DNA of 64,000 bases from Candidatus Binatia bacterium (GTDB taxonomy: Bacteria > Desulfobacterota > Binatia > Bin18). This document shows, one piece after another, positions 39,232 through 47,340 of this stretch. The stretch is from NCBI GenBank assembly GCA_963664395.2, contig OY761159.2, positions 576,001-640,000 of the forward strand, written 5' to 3'. A program made the position numbers and the translations under genes. How positions within the stretch are numbered: position 1 is the first letter of the stretch; each line of letters opens with the position of its first letter. Under the pieces are notes generated by a model. The model did not search any database. It was not told the origin of the DNA and saw only the letters and a list, made by a program, of their open reading frames with translations.

Positions 39232-40290
39232 CTACGACTCAATCACCTCGGCAAACGCCTGCACGAACCGCTGCATCTGTTCGAGCGTCCCAATGCTCAG
39301 TCGAAAGCTGCCGTCAATCACGGGCTTGCCCCGCATATTCCGAACCAGGATGCCTTTCGCGCGCAGCCCACTCTCAACCAACTCGCACTTCCGGGGCGGC
39401 CAGACGAGCAGATAGTTGCCGCCTTGTCCAGAATAGCGCACACCCAAACGCTGGAGCTGTTGCGTCACCCATGCCCTGGCTGCTTGGACCTGTTGGAGGT
39501 ATTGTTCGACGTAGTCACGATCAGCGAGAGCGGCTTTTCCAGCGATCACCGCAAAGGCGTTAATGTCATAGGGGCCGGTTACGCGGCTGAGACGACTCAC
39601 CACCTCAGGCTGACCAATGGCAAAGCCTAACCGCAGAGCGGCAAGGCCCGCGGATTTGGACAGTGACCGCAGCACCACAATATTGTCCAACTCAAGTGCG
39701 GCCGGCAGGACCGACTTCTTCGTGAAATCCGCGTATAACTCATCAACCACAACCAGAGTATCGGGCGCAGCCTGTGCCAACTCCAGCAAGGTCTGCGGTT
39801 CGAGCAAGGTGCCGGTTGGATTGTTGGGATTACAGATAAAGCATAACCGAGGTTTCCAAGTGAGCCGTTGGCGCAGAGTCTCAAGCGGAAAACTCAAGTC
39901 ATCGAGATACAGCACTTCGTCCTGTCGCATGCCGTGCTGTAGGGCGCACGGCTTGTAGTAGCCGAAGGTTGGCGCTGTTGTCAGAAAGGTCGCGCCCTTT
40001 TGGCCGTACACATCAAAGATGGTGTGAATGGCTGCATCCACCCCGTTAAAGGCTTCAACGTGCCGGGCCGGGACGTTGATGGACGCCGCATACGCCTCAT
40101 TCAGGCCGGCATATTCCGGATAGGTCGCATAGGCATTGGGCGGCAGGCGGCGAATGGCCTCAACCACTTTCGGGCTCGGTCCGATCGTATTTTCATTAAA
40201 GTCGAGGCGCAGCATGGGCCGCCGTCCCTCAAGCGGTGCCACATAGGGCTCAAGCTGTTCGACTTCAGACTTGGCCTTAATCATAACCAC
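39232..40290 (-). CDS. hisC: Histidinol-phosphate aminotransferase
   Basis: LDFNEN, CNPNNPTG, VVDELY, RSLSKSAGLAALRLG. Confidence 0.85.
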   Translation of the reverse strand: MVMIKAKSEVEQLEPYVAPLEGRRPMLRLDFNENTIGPSPKVVEAIRRLPPNAYATYPEYAGLNEAYAASINVPARHVEAFNGVDAAIHTIFDVYGQKGATFLTTAPTFGYYKPCALQHGMRQDEVLYLDDLSFPLETLRQRLTWKPRLCFICNPNNPTGTLLEPQTLLELAQAAPDTLVVVDELYADFTKKSVLPAALELDNIVVLRSLSKSAGLAALRLGFAIGQPEVVSRLSRVTGPYDINAFAVIAGKAALADRDYVEQYLQQVQAARAWVTQQLQRLGVRYSGQGGNYLLVWPPRKCELVESGLRAKGILVRNMRGKPVIDGSFRLSIGTLEQMQRFVQAFAEVIES

Positions 40291-40314
40291 GCCATCCGGT
40301 GATTCCGCCTGCCT

Positions 40315-41265
40315 CTACACAAAATGGGGCAGGATATCTTGTCCGTAGTGTTCAAGTTGAGACGGAATGTCCGCCGGCGGGCAGATGGGCCGGAGAACAA
40401 ACTTCTCGCAGCCGACTTCAACAAAGCGCTCAATCTGCTCCACGCACTCTTGGACCGAGCCGATCAGCGACCGCTGCATGATTTTCTCCGGATCAACCCG
40501 CAGGCCGTGGAAGAACGGCTCGACTGTTTTCATGGCAGCCGCCGGGTCGTCGCACACGTGAGTAAAGAGCAGCACACCGGCCTCGCCCGGATCAATCGTC
40601 CGCCCGTACTCCTCCCCATACCCCTTGAGCTTTTCCATATCGCGCTGAAACTCGGCGGGTGAAGTGAGCGCCGGGAACCAGCCATCACCGAGGCGGGCTA
40701 CTCGTTTAAGAATCGCGTCACTCTTGCCACCAATCCAAATATCGAGCGAACCCTTCTTCGGTTTGGGCTCAATCGTCACATCCTCAAAATGATAGAACTC
40801 ACCATGATGCGTGACGTTTGATTCCGTCCACAGTTTGCGCAGAATCTCGATCCCTTCTTCAAGTCGCCGTCCTCGGGCTTGAGGCGGCACCCCGCACGCA
40901 ATCAGATCACGCGTGTCGTTGCCGCTCCCGACTGCCATGATCATCCGTCCGTTTGAAAGATAGTCGAGGGTGGCATAGGTCTTGGCCACCTGGACCGGAT
41001 GCCGCGCCGGCAGGGTAAAGACGCTCGGTCCCATTTTCAGACGAGAGGTGCGACCGGCAATCATGGCGAACACACAATTGATATCCAGCGTAGGGTTGAC
41101 GGTCACAATGTGATCAGACAGCCAGAATGAATCCAGCCCAGCGGCCTCGGCTGTTTCGGCGCTGCTGCACAGGAGTTCGGGGTCGGGTAAACCATACTTC
41201 CATTGTCCAAAGCCGATACCGATTTTTACTCCACTCATGGTGCTCCTCCGCACTCTTTCCGACAT
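40315..41265 (-). CDS. LLM class oxidoreductase, possibly F420-dependent
   Basis: DSFWLSDH, TLDYLSNGR, IWIGGKS, LGDGWF; start may be 41238. Confidence 0.88.
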   Translation of the reverse strand: MSERVRRSTMSGVKIGIGFGQWKYGLPDPELLCSSAETAEAAGLDSFWLSDHIVTVNPTLDINCVFAMIAGRTSRLKMGPSVFTLPARHPVQVAKTYATLDYLSNGRMIMAVGSGNDTRDLIACGVPPQARGRRLEEGIEILRKLWTESNVTHHGEFYHFEDVTIEPKPKKGSLDIWIGGKSDAILKRVARLGDGWFPALTSPAEFQRDMEKLKGYGEEYGRTIDPGEAGVLLFTHVCDDPAAAMKTVEPFFHGLRVDPEKIMQRSLIGSVQECVEQIERFVEVGCEKFVLRPICPPADIPSQLEHYGQDILPHFV

Positions 41266-41302
41266 GCGCTTCTATCTGTATATAGTTAAAGCTATCAGAC
41301 AG

Positions 41303-41344
41303 GACCAAAGAGTACAGACCAAAGAGTACAAATCAAAAAGAACA
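41303..41344. repeat. 14-bp tandem repeat (GACCAAAGAGTACA x2 plus one degenerate copy)
   Basis: Read directly in the LLM/msrB divergent intergenic region. Confidence 0.7.
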
Positions 41345-41362
41345 AAAAAGGGAGCGTAGAGT

Positions 41363-41755
41363 ATGAGCGATAAAGTCGAAAAGACCGACGAGGAATGGCG
41401 CGCAGAGCTTACCCCCGAGCAGTTTGCCGTCTGTCGGATGAAGGCGACCGAGTCACCTTTCTCAGGCGCATACAACGATTGCAAGGATGAGGGCATCTAC
41501 CAGTGTGTGTGTTGCGGCACCGACTTGTTTCACTCATCCACGAAGTACGAATCGGGCAGTGGTTGGCCCAGCTTTTGGGAACCACTGAAGCCGGACAGTG
41601 TGCGCCTGGAATCAGACCATGGCCACGGCATGACCCGGACCGAAGTGATGTGCAACACCTGCGCTGCCCATCTGGGCCATGTATTTGACGATGGCCCACC
41701 GCCAACCGGGCAGCGCTACTGCATGAACTCCCTCTCGCTTCAGCTCAAAAAGTGA
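41363..41755 (+). CDS. msrB: Peptide-methionine (R)-S-oxide reductase
   Basis: SGSGWPSF, HLGHVFDDGP, RYCMNS. Confidence 0.95.
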   Translation: MSDKVEKTDEEWRAELTPEQFAVCRMKATESPFSGAYNDCKDEGIYQCVCCGTDLFHSSTKYESGSGWPSFWEPLKPDSVRLESDHGHGMTRTEVMCNTCAAHLGHVFDDGPPPTGQRYCMNSLSLQLKK

Positions 41756-41825
41756 AGAAGAGGATTGGCGGGTGTCCTCGCTGACAGGCTCTTCCCGTCA
41801 GCAGAGGCAGGCAGCGGAACAAGGC

Positions 41826-41871
41826 ATCCAGCCAAGAAATCCAGCCAAGAAATCCAGCCAAGAAATCCAGC
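41826..41871 (+). repeat. 13-bp perfect tandem repeat (ATCCAGCCAAGAA x3.5) abutting the cysK ATG
   Basis: Copies at 41826, 41839, 41852 and a partial copy at 41865; ATG at 41872. Confidence 0.9.
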
Positions 41872-42813
41872 ATGACTCGTTTGTTTAACGATATCACCGA
41901 AACCATTGGCCATACGCCATTAGTGCGGCTCAATCACCTCACGCAGGATGCGGGAACTGAGGTGGGAGCTGAGGTGTATGCCAAGCTGGAATTCTTCAAT
42001 CCTCTGAGCAGCATTAAAGATCGTATTGGATACAATATGATTGCTGCCGCGGAAAAGGCCGGTAAGGTCACTGCAGAGACTGTCATCATCGAGCCGACAA
42101 GTGGCAACACCGGCATCGCCCTGGCCTTTGTTGCCGCAGCCCGGGGCTATCGGATCATCCTGACCATGCCTGACTCCATGAGTATGGAGCGGCGCAATCT
42201 GCTGCGCTTCCTTGGTGCGGAACTGGTCCTCACACCAGCCCGCGAAGGGATGCCCGGCGCGATTCGCAAAGCCGAGGAACTCGCCGCAAACATCCCGCAT
42301 GCTTTTATTCCACAGCAGTTTGAGAATCCGGCCAACCCGGACATTCATCGCCGGACCACGGCCCGCGAAATTTGGGAGGACACCGACGGCAAGGTCGATA
42401 TTTTTATCAGCGGTGTGGGAACGGGCGGGACCATCACTGGGGTGTCTGAGGTGATTAAACCGCTCAAACCGAGCTTTCAGGCCATAGCGGTCGAGCCCGC
42501 CAGCTCATCAGTGCTCTCCGGCGGCCAGCCCGGACCAACCCAGATTCAAGGCATCGGCGCCGGTTTCGTCCCTGCCATTCTGAATACCGCCATTATTGAT
42601 GAAATCATCACCGTCCGGGATGAAGACGCACTCGCCACAGCGCGCCAGCTTGCCAGACGAGAAGGCATTCCCGCCGGCATCAGCAGCGGCGCCACAGTCT
42701 GGGCCGCGCTCCAGGTTGCGGCCCGGCCGGAGAACGCCGGGAAAATGCTGGTTGTTATTCTGGCCAGCTCGGCTGAGCGATATTTGAGTACGGCGTTGGT
42801 TGAAGACCTCTAA
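41872..42813 (+). CDS. cysK: Cysteine synthase A
   Basis: [38 protein letters not shown]. Confidence 0.95.
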   Translation: MTRLFNDITETIGHTPLVRLNHLTQDAGTEVGAEVYAKLEFFNPLSSIKDRIGYNMIAAAEKAGKVTAETVIIEPTSGNTGIALAFVAAARGYRIILTMPDSMSMERRNLLRFLGAELVLTPAREGMPGAIRKAEELAANIPHAFIPQQFENPANPDIHRRTTAREIWEDTDGKVDIFISGVGTGGTITGVSEVIKPLKPSFQAIAVEPASSSVLSGGQPGPTQIQGIGAGFVPAILNTAIIDEIITVRDEDALATARQLARREGIPAGISSGATVWAALQVAARPENAGKMLVVILASSAERYLSTALVEDL

Positions 42814-42828
42814 GGCGCACGATCTCCC

Positions 42829-42997
42829 CTACCCCTTCGGCTTTACCAGCTTGAAAACTTTACGGATCACGGCCGAGGCATTCGCATATGGTGCCGCCTC
42901 GCCCATGTCCGTAATCTCCGTATAGCGATCACGAATCTGTTCCGGCTGTGGAATCGTCGATGACGGCGACTTTATTGTCAAAACGGATATCGTTCAT
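42829..42997 (-). pseudogene. SDR (MFE-2-like hydroxyacyl-CoA dehydrogenase) remnant: only both termini left
   Basis: AGGAAGG RBS, MNDIRFDNKVAVI, then out of frame PEQIRDRYTEITDM...KPKG-stop. Confidence 0.65.
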
Positions 42998-43113
42998 GGG
43001 TAATTGCCTTCCTGCGATATGAGTATCGGGAGGGGAGAAAGAAGGGAAAGCCTTGAGTCCAGGATGGAATCCCCTAGCCAGGAAACGGATGAGCAGTATA
43101 AGTTACAGCCAAT

Positions 43114-43653
43114 ATGGACGCAGAATCTTGGAAATATTTCTGGCAGGGTTTTGGGATATTCGTCGGAGTATTTTTCGGAGTAGTGGCCGGCACAGCCATC
43201 AATCTCGTCATTGATTGGAGGAAGGAACGAAAATACAAGATTCAGCGACGGAAGAATCTACTTTTTGAGTGCGAACTAAATCTTCAGCATATAACTAGGT
43301 GGCTGAACACGTTAGAGGATTACCGCAGGACAGTGGTTGAAGATAGGATTTTTCAGTTTAACGGCTACTTCGACTTGACACGCGGCTTATCCCAAACCGC
43401 TAATGAGATGTACAAAGACGGGTCACTCTTCGAGTTTCTTGCACATGAGGACATAGCCCAACTTCAGGGTATGTATGTTAACTTCACGAGCGGAGCGGAA
43501 GACATGCTCAATAACAGTGTGAGAGATTATAAGAACATCTTCGGCACTGGGAATTATAATAAAGGGACTGTCACGTTCTCCATTGAATGGTGGGAAAACC
43601 AGTTCAAGCCATGTAAGCAATTGCTAGAGCGTCTAATCCAGAAATTATCATAG
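43114..43653 (+). CDS. Hypothetical protein with N-terminal TM helix, AT-rich
   Basis: 179-aa ORF; FGIFVGVFFGVVAGTAINLVI followed by a basic stretch. Confidence 0.65.
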   Translation: MDAESWKYFWQGFGIFVGVFFGVVAGTAINLVIDWRKERKYKIQRRKNLLFECELNLQHITRWLNTLEDYRRTVVEDRIFQFNGYFDLTRGLSQTANEMYKDGSLFEFLAHEDIAQLQGMYVNFTSGAEDMLNNSVRDYKNIFGTGNYNKGTVTFSIEWWENQFKPCKQLLERLIQKLS

Positions 43654-43814
43654 CCACATACCCTACCAACAGCCTGAACCTCTTCCATAACTCCATCAGC
43701 CGCCCGTGGGTCCTCCGTTAAGTCAGATATTTTCCCCTCCCCCCGATCCTGCTACAACACATCCCAGAACAATTCGATCACGTTACATTTTCCGATACGC
43801 CAAGGAGGGAGCCG

Positions 43815-45269
43815 ATGTCGTCACACCACACAGCCGAGCACATTCATTCACAACTGAGCCATCCGGTTATTGACTCGGACGGTCACTGGATCGAGTTTGA
43901 ACCCGCGGCCATGGATTACTTACAAGCAGTCGCCGGAGGGCGTGTGGTCGAGCGCTATACCAAGGTTGCCAACCAGTTCGGCAATAAGAAATGGGCCGCA
44001 CTCTCGGAAGAGGAACGCCGAGACCGGCGTATGCTTCAGCCGGCCTGGTGGGGAGTGCCGACCAAGAATACACGCGACCGGGCGACCGCGATGCTGCCCA
44101 AGCTGCTGTACGAACGTATGGACGAACTCGGCATCGACTTTGGAGTGATCTACCCGACCGGCGGCGCGCTGTTTGCACCGTTTCTGCGCGACGATGAAAT
44201 TCGCCGGGCGGCCTGCCGCGCGTTTAATATGTATACCGCGGATCAGTTCAAAGGCTTGGAAGACCGCCTGACTCCTGCCGCGGTGGTGCCGATGTTTACC
44301 CCGGAAGAAGCCGTTGAAGAGCTGGAGTTCATCAAGAGCAAGGGTTTTAAGGTGGCCATGCTGTCGAGCCTTATCCGGCGCCAGGTTCCGGCGGTTGCCC
44401 GCAAAGCGCCCGAGGCCGGTCGGTACGCAATCTGGCACGACACCTTGGGCATAGACAGTGAGCATGACTACGATCCGGTCTGGGCGAAATGCCTCGAAGT
44501 CGGCATCCCACCCAGCTTTCACTCTGCCTCGTCAGGCATTGGTATGCGGGCCTCGATTTCTAATTTTGTGTATAACCACATTGGCCATTTTGCCCAAGCT
44601 GGAGAGGCGGTCTGCAAATCCATCTTTATGAACGGCGTGACGCGGCGTTTCCCAGCGCTGCGCGTTGCCTTTTTGGAAGGCGGCGTGGGTTGGGCCTGCG
44701 GCCTGTATAGCGACCTCGTCGGGCACTGGAAAATCCGAAATCCCAAGGCGCTGGATAGTGTGAATCCCGCCAATCTGAACCAGGAAATGCTGGTTGACTT
44801 GTTCCGGAAATATGGCTCGCCAGCGGCTGTGGAAAAGCTGAGTCAAGAAGCAACTCAGGCCCATCTCGGCCTGCTCACCAAAGAGCCGGAAAAACTGGAT
44901 GACTTTGCTCCGTGTGGGATCGAGCGAGCCGAAGACATCCGCGACCTGTTTGTGCCGAATTTTTACTTTGGCTGCGAGGCAGACGACCCGCTGAATGCCT
45001 GGGCCTTCAACACGAAAGTCAATCCGTATGGCGCCAGGATCAACGCCTTGTTTGGCTCGGACATTGGCCACTTCGATGTTCCGGACATGGCCGGCGTGTT
45101 ACCCGAGGCGTATGAAGGCGTTGAAGATGGCGTGATGACAGACGACAATTTCAGAGATTTTGTATTCGCGAATCCCGTCCGCTTCTGGAGTGCCTTAAAC
45201 CCGGACTTCTTTAAGGGAACGGCGGTTGAATCACAGGCGCGAGCGCTTGTGGCGGAGGGAGAGGCTTAG
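43815..45269 (+). CDS. Amidohydrolase_2 family protein
   Basis: VIDSDGHWIE, AFLEGGVGW, FGSDIGHFD. Confidence 0.88.
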   Translation: MSSHHTAEHIHSQLSHPVIDSDGHWIEFEPAAMDYLQAVAGGRVVERYTKVANQFGNKKWAALSEEERRDRRMLQPAWWGVPTKNTRDRATAMLPKLLYERMDELGIDFGVIYPTGGALFAPFLRDDEIRRAACRAFNMYTADQFKGLEDRLTPAAVVPMFTPEEAVEELEFIKSKGFKVAMLSSLIRRQVPAVARKAPEAGRYAIWHDTLGIDSEHDYDPVWAKCLEVGIPPSFHSASSGIGMRASISNFVYNHIGHFAQAGEAVCKSIFMNGVTRRFPALRVAFLEGGVGWACGLYSDLVGHWKIRNPKALDSVNPANLNQEMLVDLFRKYGSPAAVEKLSQEATQAHLGLLTKEPEKLDDFAPCGIERAEDIRDLFVPNFYFGCEADDPLNAWAFNTKVNPYGARINALFGSDIGHFDVPDMAGVLPEAYEGVEDGVMTDDNFRDFVFANPVRFWSALNPDFFKGTAVESQARALVAEGEA

Positions 45270-46225
45270 CTACAGCACCAATCCGGCTCACCGGCGGCGT
45301 GGCCGTGGCGTTCGGCCCGGAGTTGGCGCATGCCGTCCATCATGCGCTGTCGATCGATGGGTTGGTCGAGTTCGTTTTGAAACTCCTGGTAGAGCCGCAT
45401 GAGGTTGGGCAGAATCCGCTCCGGCTCACGCCAGCGGGCGTATATGCCAAGCTTCACGTCGCGGGCGGCTTCCTCGGGACTCATACCGAGTTGGAAACGC
45501 TTCTTGGCTTCACGCCGGATGAGCATGAGGTAGGACCGCATTTCGCGCAGCTCTTTTTTACCACCAATCGGGCCGTGGCCCGGTACGATGATGTTCACAT
45601 CCAGCTTCAAAATCCGCTCTGCAACCTTAATCCAATTCCCGACATGGCCTTGGAAGGCTAATGGCGTGACGTAGTAAAAAGCGAGATCCCCGGCAAAGAG
45701 GATTTTCTCTTTGGGTAAATAGACAAAAGCGTCCCCAAAGGTGTGGGCCGGTCCGAGATGGCGCAGTTCCACGTCTCGTCCGGATTGGTGGAAGACCAGC
45801 CGGTCTTCAAAGGTCAGGTCCGGGACTCTGGGTTTGAGCTTGGAGAACTCCTTGGCAAAGCGTGGAATGCGTTGCTGGAGTTGTTTGACAGGTAGGCCCT
45901 CCCGTATCTGTTCGTCACGACAGAAGGTGTGGCTAATGACCAGGGCGTCACGAAAGAGAAAATTCCCGCCGCTGTGATCTACATGATGATGCGTATTGAC
46001 CAAACGAGAGACCGGTCGTTTCGTCACTTTCTTAATCGCCCCGAGAAAGCGGGTGGTCATGGACGGGACCATGAGGGCGTCAATCGCCATAACGCCTTCA
46101 TGGTCCGGCAACAGGCCAGCGTTGCTCACACCAAGTTCACCATAGGTCTGAATATAGGCGTAGACTTTCGGAGCGACCTCTTCGAGCCCCGTCCGCCAGC
46201 CTGCGGGAGTGATATAGTCATGCAT
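45266..46225 (-). CDS. MBL-fold metallo-hydrolase (cyclase-like)
   Basis: NTHHHVDH, AHTFGD, FAGDL, VPGHG. Confidence 0.9.
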   Translation of the reverse strand: MHDYITPAGWRTGLEEVAPKVYAYIQTYGELGVSNAGLLPDHEGVMAIDALMVPSMTTRFLGAIKKVTKRPVSRLVNTHHHVDHSGGNFLFRDALVISHTFCRDEQIREGLPVKQLQQRIPRFAKEFSKLKPRVPDLTFEDRLVFHQSGRDVELRHLGPAHTFGDAFVYLPKEKILFAGDLAFYYVTPLAFQGHVGNWIKVAERILKLDVNIIVPGHGPIGGKKELREMRSYLMLIRREAKKRFQLGMSPEEAARDVKLGIYARWREPERILPNLMRLYQEFQNELDQPIDRQRMMDGMRQLRAERHGHAAGEPDWCCS

Positions 46226-46239
46226 AGTACCGCCGACGT

Positions 46240-47340
46240 TTAGAGGTTGAATAAGCGGGCTGCATTCTCGCTCAATATCTTTTTCTTCAGTCCGTCTGAT
46301 ATATCCGTTCGCTCATAGATAGCTTTGACTGAATCCGGGCACATACAGTCCCAGTGCGAATAGTCTGAGGCATAGATGAGGCGCTCTTCCCCAATCATTT
46401 GGGCCACGAACGGAATGGTCTTTTCTTCCGGCTCCACCGCGAAAAAGCAGTTCTCACTCGTGATCCAGTCTTCAGGACTGCGTTGCTGCCAGGGCATTTG
46501 CTGCGGCAGCAATTCATAGTGTTCGTGGAGCCGCTCCATCATCCACGGCACCCAGCCGGCGCCGGCTTCCATAAAGGCAACTTTCAGCTTCGGGAATCGC
46601 TCCAGAATCCCCCCGCAGGTAAACGAGGCGGCGGCCAGCATGGTATCGAGCGAATAAAAGGCATGCTTAAATACGTAGCGATCAAATCGGTCAACGCCGG
46701 CGGAGTTGGTCGAGATGATATGCGCGCAAATGGGGACGCCCAGTCCCTGGGCCTCTTCCCAAATCGGATCAAACTCGGCTTCATGCAAGAGCTTGCCACC
46801 GAAATTCGTCAGGACCTGGACCCCGACCATGCCAAGTTGTTCGACCGCCCGTCTGATTTCGACCCGCGCAGCCTCAGGATCTTGCATAGGAATCATGGCG
46901 ATGCCTTTGAGGCGGTCAGCGTAGGGTGTGCAGTATTCAGCCAGCCAGTTGTTATACGCAACGGAGACAGCCATGCCGAGGCCAGGATCTTCAATTGAAG
47001 CCGCGGCACCGAGGCCAATAAAGGTCCCGAACAGGACTGCGATGTCGATCCCTTCGAGGTCCATATCAGGGATACGCTGGTGCGGGTCTTGCATCCCGGC
47101 GCGATCCCAGCCCCATTGGTGGTCGGGTTTCTTGGGTTCGGGCCACATGCCGAGTTGGCCATAGAAGTCACGCCGGCTGGGCCACATTTTGCCCTCAACC
47201 ACCAGATGCCGGCGACCATCCGGGTAGCTCACCCAACAGGGCGCATCCTTGTGATAGCGCTCAGGCAGTAATTCAACCCAGTTGACGGCCTTCTCATCAA
47301 CATGCCCATCTGCATCAATGACGGTGTAGTCAGGTCTCAT
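46240..47340 (-). CDS. Amidohydrolase_2 family protein
   Basis: VIDADGHVDE, YNNWLAEYC, YASDYSHWD. Confidence 0.9.
   Translation of the reverse strand: MRPDYTVIDADGHVDEKAVNWVELLPERYHKDAPCWVSYPDGRRHLVVEGKMWPSRRDFYGQLGMWPEPKKPDHQWGWDRAGMQDPHQRIPDMDLEGIDIAVLFGTFIGLGAAASIEDPGLGMAVSVAYNNWLAEYCTPYADRLKGIAMIPMQDPEAARVEIRRAVEQLGMVGVQVLTNFGGKLLHEAEFDPIWEEAQGLGVPICAHIISTNSAGVDRFDRYVFKHAFYSLDTMLAAASFTCGGILERFPKLKVAFMEAGAGWVPWMMERLHEHYELLPQQMPWQQRSPEDWITSENCFFAVEPEEKTIPFVAQMIGEERLIYASDYSHWDCMCPDSVKAIYERTDISDGLKKKILSENAARLFNL

Noticed and set aside
41363-41755. MsrB (also OsmC and TlpA) as selenoproteins
   Set aside because: All have Cys codons at the redox positions.
41760-41825. SAM or other riboswitch upstream of cysK
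   Set aside because: Only a simple GCTGAC/GTCAGC hairpin; no conserved riboswitch core recognised.
41826-41871. Tandem repeats as a CRISPR array
   Set aside because: No spacers, units are too short, and no cas genes are in the window.
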